Notes: generated by a model from the letters alone, not told the origin. DNA of 64,000 bases from Chthoniobacterales bacterium (GCA_044359955.1 JBIKLF010000003.1:3218-67217), one strand, 5' to 3'. Counted from the first letter of the stretch, positions 1 through 9,111 are shown. A program made the numbers and translations.

Positions 1-522
1 GACGATCTGACCTTCGACATGCTGCGCGTGGCCTACATGGAGTTCGGCAAAGCGGTGAGGGAGCACGACCGGAAGCGCCTGATTTTCACCGGGGACAGCC
101 TGCCGCGGCCGGCCGCGTGGCACATGGAGAAGGAGGGGAGTTGGACGCCGGACAACGAGCGCCAGTTCCGCCACATGCTGCGCAGTCTCAATCCCGACCC
201 GATCGACGCCATCAGCATCCATGCTTACGGCGAGGACATGGAGCGCATTGCATGGAGCGTGCAGGCGGCCAAGAGCATCAAGAAGCCGCTCTTCATCGGC
301 GAGTTCGGCGTTCCCGGCACGGGCCCGGAGGTGGAGAAAGAATTCCGCCGCATGCTGCGAATCATCGAAGAGTCCAACGTCCCGCTGGCCGCGCTGTGGG
401 TCTTCGACCTGCCCAGCCAGAATGCCGACTACAACATCACCGCCGACAACGAGCGTTCCTACCAACTCCGCGAAGTCGCCGCAGCCAACGCCCGTGTGCA
501 AGGTGGTGCTTCCACGCGGTAG
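1..522 (+). CDS. glycoside hydrolase, GH5-like, C-terminal part (5' end outside window)
   Basis: Frame is open from nt 1 (DDLTFD precedes the listed M at 19). Motifs ISIHAYGE and IGEFG (GH5-type nucleophile context). Stop at 520-522. Confidence 0.6.
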   Translation, partial: DDLTFDMLRVAYMEFGKAVREHDRKRLIFTGDSLPRPAAWHMEKEGSWTPDNERQFRHMLRSLNPDPIDAISIHAYGEDMERIAWSVQAAKSIKKPLFIGEFGVPGTGPEVEKEFRRMLRIIEESNVPLAALWVFDLPSQNADYNITADNERSYQLREVAAANARVQGGASTR

Positions 523-668
523 CCGTAGGTTTCTCGCGCCTTGGGGGAACGATTTGCCACAAAGTGTGGCCAACACTGGGTAAAACTTGCCCGCTCGACT
601 TTTCGCGCTCAACGCCCGCGAATCCAGTATTCATGTGGGTTCCCAAGGTATTTTCCACAAAACCAAGA

Positions 669-744
<76 letters not shown>

Positions 745-828
745 TTTGGGAATCTTTCATTATGCCGCGCGTGGGGGCTTTGACAAGCGCGCGGCCGCCT
801 GCGCTTGCCGTCGGACAGGTGATCGGCG

Positions 829-1083
829 ATGGTTTACAGCTCTATGACCGTCTATATCAAAAGTTTTTGTCCTTGGTGCAAAGAGGCCCTCGCTTGGCTC
901 GATCAGCATGGTTACCGCTACGAAGTGCGCGAAGTTCTCCAAGACCCCGAGGCGATGGCTCGCATGCGTGAGATTTCCGGCCAATCGCTCACGCCGACCC
1001 TCGAAGTGGACGGCAAGGTGCTGGCCGATTTTGACACCGGGCAATTGTCCGCGTTTCTCGACGCGAACGGCCTCAAGCCATGA
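829..1083 (+). CDS. glutaredoxin-like / NrdH-like small redox protein
   Basis: 84 aa with CPWC active-site motif in a MTVYIKSFCPWC context. A second ATG at 844 is an equally good start. Stop overlaps the next gene (ATGA at 1080-1083). Confidence 0.75.
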   Translation: MVYSSMTVYIKSFCPWCKEALAWLDQHGYRYEVREVLQDPEAMARMREISGQSLTPTLEVDGKVLADFDTGQLSAFLDANGLKP

Positions 1084-1895
1084 ACGAGCTGATGCTCTTT
1101 GTCGGTCTGGTCGTCCTCACCGCGGCGTTCTTCAGCTTTCCGCATCCGGTCCTCCGCCGGATCGGGATTCTCTCGCTCGGGGTCACCACGTTCGCCGCCG
1201 GCTACCTTGTCACCGGCAACCTTTGGATCGGCGCCGCCTGTGTCTCGGCGGTGCTTCTGCTCCCCTGGGTGGAAATTCTCCTCCGCGTGCGCAAGTTGCG
1301 TCTGCCGCTGCGCAAGCAATTGCATCAGTCCACCCCGCCTTCCCGCGAAATGTTCCCCGCGCTGGGTGAACTTTCCGATGACATCGAGGCGGCCGGCTTC
1401 GAGCATGTGGCCGACTTGGGTTGGGAGATGGACGGCTACCGCCAGTTCCTCCGCCTCTTCGCCCACCCGCAAAAGCGCGAGGAAGCCGCCATCACTTACG
1501 TGGAGCAAAACCAACTCGGCTTTCATTTTGCCAGCGTGACCTCGCGCGGGGCGGATGGCGCGGTCTTCACCACGTGGAATTGTCCGGTCTCTTCCAGTCT
1601 GAAAACTCCGCCGACCGTCCACTTGCACCGCGTGGCAGGCGATGCGTCATTTGCCGCGATGGTCGAGGGGCATGGGAGTTTTCTGGTTGAGCGCGGGATG
1701 GAGGAGGGCTCACTCCAAGCGGTTGACCCGGATTCGGTGCGCGCCGCGGTCGAGCGCGACATGGAAACCCAGATGCAGCACAACATCCACGAGGGTCTGC
1801 TCGAAGCGGCGGACGAGGGACACGGCCGCTACTCGTGGCGGGGCATGCTTTACTTGTGGTTCCAATTCTTGAGGGATATTTTCCGTTTCACGTGA
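1080..1895 (+). CDS. hypothetical membrane protein (about 3 N-terminal TM segments plus a soluble domain)
   Basis: 271-aa ORF translationally coupled on both sides. Hydrophobic N-terminus LFVGLVVLTAAFF, LSLGVTTFAAGYLV, IGAACVSAVLLLPW. No family recognised. Confidence 0.55.
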   Translation: MNELMLFVGLVVLTAAFFSFPHPVLRRIGILSLGVTTFAAGYLVTGNLWIGAACVSAVLLLPWVEILLRVRKLRLPLRKQLHQSTPPSREMFPALGELSDDIEAAGFEHVADLGWEMDGYRQFLRLFAHPQKREEAAITYVEQNQLGFHFASVTSRGADGAVFTTWNCPVSSSLKTPPTVHLHRVAGDASFAAMVEGHGSFLVERGMEEGSLQAVDPDSVRAAVERDMETQMQHNIHEGLLEAADEGHGRYSWRGMLYLWFQFLRDIFRFT

Positions 1896-2803
1896 ATGCC
1901 CTCTCCCCCGTGTCGAGGACGCCGTCCTTCGGACTCGTCGACCAGGTCATGGTCGAAGAACGCGCGGCCGCCTTCACCAAGCGGAGTATCAAGGCGGAGT
2001 CCAAGATGCAGGGCCTGCGGTTGGTTTTTTCCATGCTCGACCTCACCACTTTGGAGGGACGTGACACTCCGGGCAAGGTGATGACCCTTTGCCACAAGGC
2101 CATGCACCCGGCGCCCGGGCGTTACGGGGTCGGGCCGGTCGCGGCGGTCTGCGTTTATCCGAATCTCGTCCCCGCGGCCAAAGCGTTCCTGCGCGGCTCA
2201 GCGGTCAAGGTCGCCGCGGTGGCCACCTACTTTCCCAGCGGTCAGTCCTCCTTGAAAACCAAGCTGGAAGACACGCGCGTGGCCCTCACGGCCGGGGCCG
2301 ACGAGATCGACATGGTCATCGACCGCGCCGCGTTCCTGCGCGGCGAGTATGCCAAGGTGCATGACGAAATTGCCGCGGTGAAACAGCTCTGTGGTGACGT
2401 CCATTTGAAGGTCATCCTCGAGACCGGCGAGTTGGTCACCTATGACAATGTCCGGGCGGCCAGCATGATCGCCATGCAGGCGGGGGGGGATTTCATCAAG
2501 ACGTCGACGGGCAAGGTCAGTCCGGCCGCCACGCTCCCCGTCACTCTGGTCATGCTCGACGCGATCCGTGAATATTTCTTCGCCACCGGCCTCCGCATCG
2601 GCATGAAGCCGGCCGGCGGCATCCGCACAGCCAAGCAAGCGTTGCAATATCTGGTCATGGTCAACGAAACCCTGGGGGACGACTGGCTGACCCCGGACCT
2701 GTTCCGTCTCGGGGCCAGCACCCTGGCCAATGACATCCTCCTGCAAATCGCCAAGGGTGTCGACGGGCGCTATCAAAGCGGCGATTACTTCTCCCTGCCA
2801 TGA
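1892..2803 (+). CDS. deoC: deoxyribose-phosphate aldolase, long DERA-like form
   Basis: LDLTTLEG, YFPSGQSSLKTKLEDTRVAL, GADEIDMVI, LKVILETGEL and FIKTSTGK (Schiff-base Lys context) align along the whole length with eukaryote-type DERA. Start set at GTG 1892 (GTGA overlap with the upstream stop); ATG 1949 is the alternative. Confidence 0.85.
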   Translation: MNALSPVSRTPSFGLVDQVMVEERAAAFTKRSIKAESKMQGLRLVFSMLDLTTLEGRDTPGKVMTLCHKAMHPAPGRYGVGPVAAVCVYPNLVPAAKAFLRGSAVKVAAVATYFPSGQSSLKTKLEDTRVALTAGADEIDMVIDRAAFLRGEYAKVHDEIAAVKQLCGDVHLKVILETGELVTYDNVRAASMIAMQAGGDFIKTSTGKVSPAATLPVTLVMLDAIREYFFATGLRIGMKPAGGIRTAKQALQYLVMVNETLGDDWLTPDLFRLGASTLANDILLQIAKGVDGRYQSGDYFSLP

Positions 2804-4341
2804 GCAAGAAAACCAAAAAACTCACCACCGGGGTGGCCCCCTTGGCCGCACCGGCCTCGCATGCCGTGGTCGTTCCGGTGCGCGACCGCCACCTGCGTTT
2901 CAACGAGCGCTGGAACTACTCGCCCGCCCCCGAGGTCCACACCGACCTCAAAATCCAACCGCGCTACGACCTCTTCATTGGCGGCAAATTCGTCAAGCCG
3001 ACGTCCGGCAAATATTTCCCCTCGATCAATCCCGCCACCGAGCAGCAGCATGCCGAAATCGCGCGGGGGACGGCGGCCGACGTGGACAAGGCGGTCAGAG
3101 CCGCCCGCCGCGCTTACGAAAAAACCTGGGGCAAAATGTCCGGCCGCGAACGCGGCAAATACCTTTTCCGCATTGCCCGTCTCTTGCAGGAAAAGATGCG
3201 CGATCTGGCGGTCATCGAGTCCCTCGACGGCGGCAAAACCATCCGCGAGAGCCGCCATATCGACCTTCCGCTGGTTGCCGCGCATTTCTTTTACCACGCG
3301 GGTTGGGCCGACAAACTCGACTACGCATTTCCCGGACGCAAACCGCAGCCGCTCGGCGTGGCCGGTCAGATCATCCCGTGGAATTTCCCGCTGCTCATGG
3401 CCGCGTGGAAGTTGGCGCCTGCCCTGGCCTGCGGCAACACCTGCGTGCTCAAGCCGGCCGAGACGACGTCCGTCACGGCGATGCACCTGGCCGAAATCTT
3501 CGCCGAGGCCGATTTGCCCGAGGGCGTGGTCAATATTGTCACCGGTTTCGGCGAGGCCGGAGCGGCCATCGTCAATCATCCGGACATCGACAAACTCGCC
3601 TTCACCGGCTCGACCGAGGTGGGCAAGATCATCGCCAAGTCGGTGGCCGGCACGCGGAAAAAGCTGACCCTTGAGTTGGGCGGCAAGGCGGCCAACATCA
3701 TTTGCGAAGACGCCCCGATCGACCAAGCGGTCGAGGGCATCATCCAGGGCATCTACTTCAACCAAGGCCACGTTTGCTGTGCCGGTTCGCGTCTCTTCGT
3801 GCAGGAAGGTATTGTCGAACCGGTGATCCGCCGTCTGCGCGACCGGCTCCGCACCTTGCGGGTGGGCGACCCGCTGGACAAGAACACCGACATCGGGGCG
3901 ATCAACAGCCGCGAGCAGCTTGAGAAAATCAAGGAGATGGTGGCCAGCGGCAAAAAAGAAGGTGCCGAGTTGTTCCAGTCCGCGTGCAAGCTTCCCGCCA
4001 AGGGTTTTTTCTACGCGCCGAGCTTCTTCACCGGAGTGACCGATTCGCACCGCATTGCGCAGGAGGAAATTTTCGGCCCCGTTCTGAGTGTCATGACCTT
4101 CCGCACACCGGAAGAAGCTCTCGAGCGGGCCAACAACACGCCTTACGGGTTGAGTGCCGGGATCTGGACGGACAAAGGCAGCAAAGTTTTCAAGTTGGCC
4201 ACAGAATTGCGCGCCGGCGTCGTCTGGGCCGAGACCTACAACAAGTTCGACCCCGCGAGTCCCTTTGGCGGCTACAAAGAAAGCGGTTTCGGCCGTGAGG
4301 GTGGGAAGCAGGGGTTGTTGGGGTATTTGAAAATGGAGTAG
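2800..4341 (+). CDS. NAD(P)-dependent aldehyde dehydrogenase
   Basis: 513 aa. Motifs PWNFPLLMAAWK, LTLELGGKAAN and catalytic-Cys context NQGHVCCAGSR. ATGA overlap with deoC. Confidence 0.9.
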   Translation: MSKKTKKLTTGVAPLAAPASHAVVVPVRDRHLRFNERWNYSPAPEVHTDLKIQPRYDLFIGGKFVKPTSGKYFPSINPATEQQHAEIARGTAADVDKAVRAARRAYEKTWGKMSGRERGKYLFRIARLLQEKMRDLAVIESLDGGKTIRESRHIDLPLVAAHFFYHAGWADKLDYAFPGRKPQPLGVAGQIIPWNFPLLMAAWKLAPALACGNTCVLKPAETTSVTAMHLAEIFAEADLPEGVVNIVTGFGEAGAAIVNHPDIDKLAFTGSTEVGKIIAKSVAGTRKKLTLELGGKAANIICEDAPIDQAVEGIIQGIYFNQGHVCCAGSRLFVQEGIVEPVIRRLRDRLRTLRVGDPLDKNTDIGAINSREQLEKIKEMVASGKKEGAELFQSACKLPAKGFFYAPSFFTGVTDSHRIAQEEIFGPVLSVMTFRTPEEALERANNTPYGLSAGIWTDKGSKVFKLATELRAGVVWAETYNKFDPASPFGGYKESGFGREGGKQGLLGYLKME

Positions 4342-4364
4342 GGGGAGAGGGGGGGAGAAGAGAG

Positions 4365-4668
4365 GGCGGAGGGTTGAACCGGAGGCCTGCGCAAGCAGGG
4401 CGGAGATAGCCCTTGGGCAAACTTGAAGGCTGAGTGAGGTTGTAGCGGCGGTCTGTGACCGCCGGAATATGGAGGAAGAGAAAAGAAAAAAAGGCGGAGG
4501 GCTGAACCGGAGGCCTGCGCAAGCAGGGCGGAGATAGCCCTTGGGCAAACTTGAAGGCTGAGTGAGGTTGTGGCGGCGGTCTGTGACCGCCGGAGCATGG
4601 AGAAAAAAAAGAGAGGGAGAGGGCGGAGGGTTGAACCGGAGGGCTGTGCAAGCAGGGCGGAGATGGTC
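4365..4668. repeat. tandem repeat: 102-nt structured unit at 128-129 bp period (4365-4466, 4493-4594; partial third copy 4622-4668)
   Basis: Copies 1 and 2 differ at 2 of 102 nt. The unit contains CCTGC-GCAA-GCAGG (GNRA-type loop) and CGGCGGTC-TGT-GACCGCCG hairpins. Spacers are A/G-rich 26-mers. Confidence 0.85.
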
Positions 4669-4698
4669 CCTGAGCCGTATCCATGCAGTTGAAGACGT

Positions 4699-4906
4699 AA
4701 TAAAAGCGCGGCTTGGCTCGGTTTGTCCAGGGGGCACGGCCGTCCCGGCCGTGTTGTTTGATGTTGTTTGATCGTGACGGGCGGGACGCCCGTGCCCCTT
4801 GGCCACGTGCCAACGCGCTCACCAAATAGTGAGTCAACTCTCGCCCAGGCGCGCCTCTATGGCAGCGCCGGAAAGGGCGGAATGTTTTGCATGGTTACGG
4901 CTTAGG
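4699..4906. repeat. dispersed intergenic element, module B (4699-4835) plus module C (4840-4906), copy 1
   Basis: Near-identical to 16516-16642 (B) and 16817-16883 (C). B holds hairpins CACGGCC..GGCCGTG and ACGGGCG-GGA-CGCCCGT, enclosed by GGGGCACGG...CCGTGCCCC. Confidence 0.8.
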
Positions 4907-5014
4907 CAAACTTGAAAGCTGAGTGAGGGGCGGAGTCAGAGAAAGTGGCACGGGCATTGGCCCGTGAGGGGCGGTCGTCATCGGCAGGATGCCGATGCCA
5001 CTTTAAGATTCCGT

Positions 5015-5137
5015 ATGGCTGCCTCGCATGGATTGGTCGCCGGGGCGACCTTTCCTGGGGTGGCTTCGCTTGTCGAGGGTTCGAGTTCGCCATGCTGTGG
5101 ATGGCTGCCTCGCATGGATTGATCGCCTGTGGCGATC
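5015..5137 (-). repeat. two decoy copies of the tRNA-Gln 3' end (5015-5034, 5101-5120), each abutted by a hairpin (5035-5050, 5121-5137)
   Basis: ATGGCTGCCTCGCATGGATT occurs three times at 85-86 bp spacing; the third copy (5186-5205) is the genuine tRNA end. Hairpins are GGTCGCC-GG-GGCGACC and GATCGCC-TGT-GGCGATC. Confidence 0.85.
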
Positions 5138-5186
5138 TTTCCGAGAGTGACCGTGTATTGGAGACACGAGTCCGCCCTGCTTCGCA

Positions 5187-5260
5187 TGGCTGCCTCGCAT
5201 GGATTCGAACCATGACACACAGATCCAGAATCTGCAGTGCTACCGTTACACCACGAGGCA
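5187..5260 (-). tRNA. tRNA-Gln(CTG)
   Basis: Acceptor TGCCTCG/CGAGGCA (U1:A72, G73), anticodon stem GCAGA/TCTGT with loop TTCTGGA, T-arm CATGG-TTCGAAT-CCATG, encoded CCA. Confidence 0.9.
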
Positions 5261-5557
5261 TTAAAGAAACTTCCATTATAGGCGCGGGGTGGGGAATTTC
5301 AACCTTTGTAAGGGGGGCCAACAATGTTCGCAAAAGACATTTTCAACTTGGTGCACCGGGTTTGGTGCATCATGGATTGTCCACGGTGAAGTTTGCCTGC
5401 CGCCAGTGCACGCAGCGGTTCGAGGTTGATGACTCTTGGCCGGGCGGTCAGGTAGATCGTCCTACCTCCGGCGGGGTTGTCATCCTCCCGCAAGCGCCGG
5501 TCGATCCGCCCGTGGCGAACGTTGTGGTCCCCGCGCGCGGGCGTGGGGCGGCAGGGC

Positions 5558-6079
5558 TCATTGCTGGGCCTGCTGTTGTTGCAGCGTGTGGAGGACGGCT
5601 TCGGCGGTCTGGCGGTGGGTGAGGGTGCCGGAGTCGATGCGGACGGTGGCGGCCTCGCGGTAGAGGGGTTCGCGCTGGTGGTAGAGTTCCTCGACGGTGC
5701 GGCGGGGGTCGGCGGTTTGGAGGAGCGGGCGTTTGCTGTGTTTGACGCGCTGGTAGAGATGCTCGGGGCTGGCGTCGAGCCACACCACGGGGCCGATCTG
5801 CGGGAGGAGTTCGCGGTTTGGCGCGGAAATTATAACGCCGCCGCCGGTGGCGACGATGAGGCCGATGCGTCCGACGAGGCTTTGCAGGACCTTGGTTTCG
5901 AGGGCGCGGAAATGTTCCTCGCCGTGTTGCTTGAAAATGGCGGGGATGGATTGCCCCGCTGCCTGCGCCACAAGGGCGTCGGTATCGACGAGGGCGAAGC
6001 CGGTGAGGGACGACAAAATCCGGCCGACGCTGGATTTGCCGGATCCCATGAAACCGACGAGGACCAGATTGCGAAACAC
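5558..6079 (-). CDS. aroK: shikimate kinase
   Basis: 173 aa. Walker A GFMGSGKSS followed by LVDTDAL; typical length. Confidence 0.9.
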   Translation of the reverse strand: MFRNLVLVGFMGSGKSSVGRILSSLTGFALVDTDALVAQAAGQSIPAIFKQHGEEHFRALETKVLQSLVGRIGLIVATGGGVIISAPNRELLPQIGPVVWLDASPEHLYQRVKHSKRPLLQTADPRRTVEELYHQREPLYREAATVRIDSGTLTHRQTAEAVLHTLQQQQAQQ

Positions 6080-6081
6080 GT

Positions 6082-6288
6082 TCAGATTCTCACCACATTA
6101 AGGGCCTTCGGTCCGCGGTCACTCGGGATGTGCTCGAACTCCACGTTGTCACCTTCCTCCAGCGTCTTGAAGCCGTCACCGCGGATCTCCGAGTAGTGGA
6201 CGAAGATGTCGGCGCTGGCTCCGCTGGGATCGGCAATGAAACCGAAACCCTTCTTGTTGTTGAACCATTTGACTATTCCTTGGGGCAT
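6082..6288 (-). CDS. csp: cold-shock protein (CspA family)
   Basis: 68 aa. [15 protein letters not shown] and DIFVHYS RNA-binding motifs. Stop lies 2 nt before the aroK start. Confidence 0.9.
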   Translation of the reverse strand: MPQGIVKWFNNKKGFGFIADPSGASADIFVHYSEIRGDGFKTLEEGDNVEFEHIPSDRGPKALNVVRI

Positions 6289-6444
6289 GCAGGTGGACTG
6301 GTTTTTGACGCGATACTCTGCGCCCGCTGCGGTATATGGTGGAGCGGTGCGTAATGGTCAATTGCTTATTGGAAAAGATAACCGATCCAGTCATGTTGCG
6401 GAGTCCTCTGAGGCGTGGACAGGGACGCCGGTGATGGCTTTGTC

Positions 6445-7482
6445 ATGAATTCTCAAGTGTCTGACTACCAGATGATTAAATCCCAGCAGGGCGAAGAACC
6501 GGGGCGGTGGCAGACGCAGGTGCTCGACGCGCAGGGTGCGCAGGAAATCGCCTGGGCCGTGCGGGAGGCCGCGTCGCTGCTCCGCGCGGGAGAAGTCGCG
6601 GCTGTGCCGACGGAGACGGTGTATGGACTCGCGTGTGATGCGTTGCAGGCGGACGCCGCGGCCAAAGTTTTTGCAGCGAAGGAACGTCCGTCCTTTGATC
6701 CGCTCATCGTGCATGTGGCGGACGCCTCATGGATCGCCACGCTGGCGCAGCCGAGCGCGCTTGCCGCGGCGCTGGCGCAAGAGCTGGCGGCGGCGTTTTG
6801 GCCGGGGCCTTTGACCATGGTTCTCCCGGCGCGCGATGTTGTGCCCGACTTGGTGCGTTCGGGTTTGCCAACCGTGGCGCTGCGCTGCAGTGCGCATCCG
6901 GTCATGGCGGCACTCGTCGTGGAACTGGGCCGGCCGGTGGCCGCGCCGAGTGCCAATCGTTTCGGAAGGATCAGTCCGGTCACGGCGCAAGATGTGGTCG
7001 AAGAGTTGGGCGGGCGCATTCCGCTCGTGCTCGATGGCGGGCCCTGCCGTCATGGCTTGGAGTCGACGATTGTCGCCGTGCAGGACGGGCGCCTTGTCTT
7101 GTTGCGTCCGGGTCCGGTCACGGTGGAGGAACTCGAAAAGTTCGCGCCGGTCGAGCGTGCCCCGCGTGGTCAATCGGTTTCTGCGCCGGGCATGCTCGAG
7201 AGTCATTACGCGCCGCGCACGCCATTGCTTCTGTGGTCGCAGGATGCGCCGTGCCCGGACGATGCAGCGACCAGCGGGGTGTTGGCCTTTGGTGCGGTCG
7301 GGCCGGGCTTTGCCGTGGCCGAGGTGTTGCCGGCGGATCCCGCGAAGGCGGCACCGCTCCTTTTCGCGGCCTTGCGCCGGCTGGATGCCTGCGGTGTGGC
7401 GCGTATTTATGCCGGGGCCATTTCCGAATCGGGGCTGGGCATGGCTATCATGGATCGGCTACGCAGGGCGGCGCATGGCTAA
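6445..7482 (+). CDS. tsaC: L-threonylcarbamoyladenylate synthase, Sua5/YrdC long form
   Basis: AVPTETVYGLACDA and SANRFGRISP motifs plus a C-terminal Sua5 domain. ATG 6445 preferred over GTG 6415; start uncertain. Confidence 0.85.
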   Translation: MNSQVSDYQMIKSQQGEEPGRWQTQVLDAQGAQEIAWAVREAASLLRAGEVAAVPTETVYGLACDALQADAAAKVFAAKERPSFDPLIVHVADASWIATLAQPSALAAALAQELAAAFWPGPLTMVLPARDVVPDLVRSGLPTVALRCSAHPVMAALVVELGRPVAAPSANRFGRISPVTAQDVVEELGGRIPLVLDGGPCRHGLESTIVAVQDGRLVLLRPGPVTVEELEKFAPVERAPRGQSVSAPGMLESHYAPRTPLLLWSQDAPCPDDAATSGVLAFGAVGPGFAVAEVLPADPAKAAPLLFAALRRLDACGVARIYAGAISESGLGMAIMDRLRRAAHG

Positions 7483-9082
7483 AGAAAAGCTGAACACACG
7501 GGCGGCGGGCATCGTCGCGCTGGCCGTCATGCTGAGCCGCGTGCTCGGGTTGGTGCGCGAGTTGATCTTCGCCGCGCTCTTCGGCGCGGGCCGGGGGATG
7601 GATGCCTACATCACGGCGTATCGGGCGCCGAATTTGCTGCGCGATTTGTTTGCCGAGGGGGCGTTGTCGGTGGCCTTTGTTACGGTGTTCTCCAAGCTCG
7701 GCGTGGAAAAAGGCTATGAGGCTTCGTGGGAGTTGGCGCGCAAGATGGCGACGATGGTTCTCGTGTTCATGTCCTTCGTGACCTTGCTTGGGATTATTTT
7801 CGCGCCGGCGCTGATTGCGGTGCTCGCGCCGGGATTCGACGCGGAGAAGTCCGCCTTCGCGACGGAGCTGACGCGCATCATGTTCCCCTTTATCTTGATG
7901 GTGTCCCTGGCGGCGCTGGTCATGGGCATGCTCAATTCGCGCAATGTCTTCGGCGTGCCGGCCCTGGCCTCGAGTTTCTACAACCTAGGCTCGATCTTCG
8001 GCGGAGTGAGTCTGGCGTGGTGGATCGATCCGACGTTCGGTCCGCGGGCGCTGATCGGCATGGCCATTGGCACCCTGCTCGGCGGTTTTTTGCAATTGGC
8101 CGTGCAGATCCCGAGCCTCAAGAAGGTCGGGTTCACCTTCCACTTCGACTTCGGTTGGCGCGACGAGCAGGTGAAGCGCGTGTTGTGGCTGATGCTGCCG
8201 GCGGTCATTGCGGCCAGTGCGGTGCAGATCAATGTGATGGTCAATAGCATCTTTGCGTCCTTCCTCGGCGACGGCGCGGTGAGTTGGCTTTCGTATGCGT
8301 TCCGCCTCATGCAGTTGCCGCTCGGCATTTTCGGTGTGGCGGTGGCGACGGTGACCTTGCCGGCGGTGGCGAAGATCGCGGCGGGCGGCGACATGGCGCA
8401 TTTCCGCGAGACGCTGGCCAAGGCGATCCGGTTGGCGCTGTTCCTCACGCTGCCGGCCACGATCGGATTGATGATGATGAGCGGCGAGATCATCGGGTTG
8501 ATTTACGAGCGGGGGAAGTTCACCGCGGATGACACCTTGCAGACGGGGGCGGCGTTGCAATTTTACGCGGTCGGGCTGATGGGCTACGCGTGCATCAAGG
8601 TGCTCTCGCCGGCGTTCTACGCGCTGGACCGCAAGTGGACGCCGATGCTGGTGACGTTTTTCGGGATCGGGCTGAATATCGCGCTCAATTGGCTGCTGAC
8701 CTTCCGTCTGGGGATGGGGCACAAGGGGTTGGCGCTGTCGACCGGGCTGGTGGCGACGATCGACTTTTTCATCCTCTATTTTCTGATGCGGCGGGCGGCG
8801 GGAGGGATGGAGACGTTCAAGGTGGTGGGATCGTGTGGCCGGATTGTGGTGGCGGCGGCGGGGTTGGCCGCGGTGGTGCTGGTCGGGCGGGAGTGGCTGG
8901 CGCCGTGGCTGACGTCGGTGTCGTTGGTTGACCGGTTGTGGTCGTTGCTGGCGATCATTGGCGCGGCGGCGGTGGTTTATTTTGCGCTTTGCGCTTTGTT
9001 GCGCGTCGAGGAGGCGCGGGAGGCGTTGGCGTTGATCAGGCGGAAGATTTCGCGGCGGGGGATGGCTTCGCCGGGGGCGTGA
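7475..9082 (+). CDS. murJ: lipid II flippase MurJ/MviN
   Basis: ATG 7475 is in frame within listed ORF 6836..9082. From there the protein has a typical MurJ N-terminus (LSRVLGLVRELIFAALFGAG, MDAYITAYRAPNLLRDLFAEGALSVAF) and is polytopic. The upstream 213 codons are an Arg-rich overlap with tsaC. Confidence 0.9.
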   Translation: MAKEKLNTRAAGIVALAVMLSRVLGLVRELIFAALFGAGRGMDAYITAYRAPNLLRDLFAEGALSVAFVTVFSKLGVEKGYEASWELARKMATMVLVFMSFVTLLGIIFAPALIAVLAPGFDAEKSAFATELTRIMFPFILMVSLAALVMGMLNSRNVFGVPALASSFYNLGSIFGGVSLAWWIDPTFGPRALIGMAIGTLLGGFLQLAVQIPSLKKVGFTFHFDFGWRDEQVKRVLWLMLPAVIAASAVQINVMVNSIFASFLGDGAVSWLSYAFRLMQLPLGIFGVAVATVTLPAVAKIAAGGDMAHFRETLAKAIRLALFLTLPATIGLMMMSGEIIGLIYERGKFTADDTLQTGAALQFYAVGLMGYACIKVLSPAFYALDRKWTPMLVTFFGIGLNIALNWLLTFRLGMGHKGLALSTGLVATIDFFILYFLMRRAAGGMETFKVVGSCGRIVVAAAGLAAVVLVGREWLAPWLTSVSLVDRLWSLLAIIGAAAVVYFALCALLRVEEAREALALIRRKISRRGMASPGA

Positions 9083-9111
9083 GGCTGAGGCGTCCGGCGG
9101 TCATATCAGTT

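Noticed and set aside
4365-4668. Possible CRISPR array (regular repeat-spacer look)
   Set aside because: The repeat is 102 nt and the spacers are 26 nt of A/G-rich low-complexity sequence. There are only about 2.5 units and no cas genes. This is not CRISPR-like.
2785-4806. 673-aa ORF on the minus strand covering the whole aldehyde dehydrogenase gene and the repeat array
   Set aside because: Arg/Pro/Gly/Ala-rich low-complexity translation, antisense to a gene with clear ALDH motifs. This is a typical high-GC shadow ORF. The same reasoning applies to 17922..19670(+), 19501..21435(+), 44170..45912(+), 46747..47838(+ part), 54125..55309(+) and the many other Arg-rich listed ORFs.
4945-5622. 225-aa listed ORF running through the tRNA-Gln gene and its decoy repeats
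   Set aside because: It crosses a well-formed tRNA and repeat DNA and has no protein-like features in that part.
5386-5622. Short ORF beginning VKFACRQCTQRFEVDDSWPGGQVD, resembling the N-terminal zinc-ribbon seen in many small proteins
   Set aside because: The second cysteine pair is missing (DRPTSGG where DCPxCG would be expected). The rest is Ala/Gly/Arg-rich, and it overlaps the aroK 3' end by 65 nt on the opposite strand. At best it is a decayed remnant, so I did not call it as a gene.
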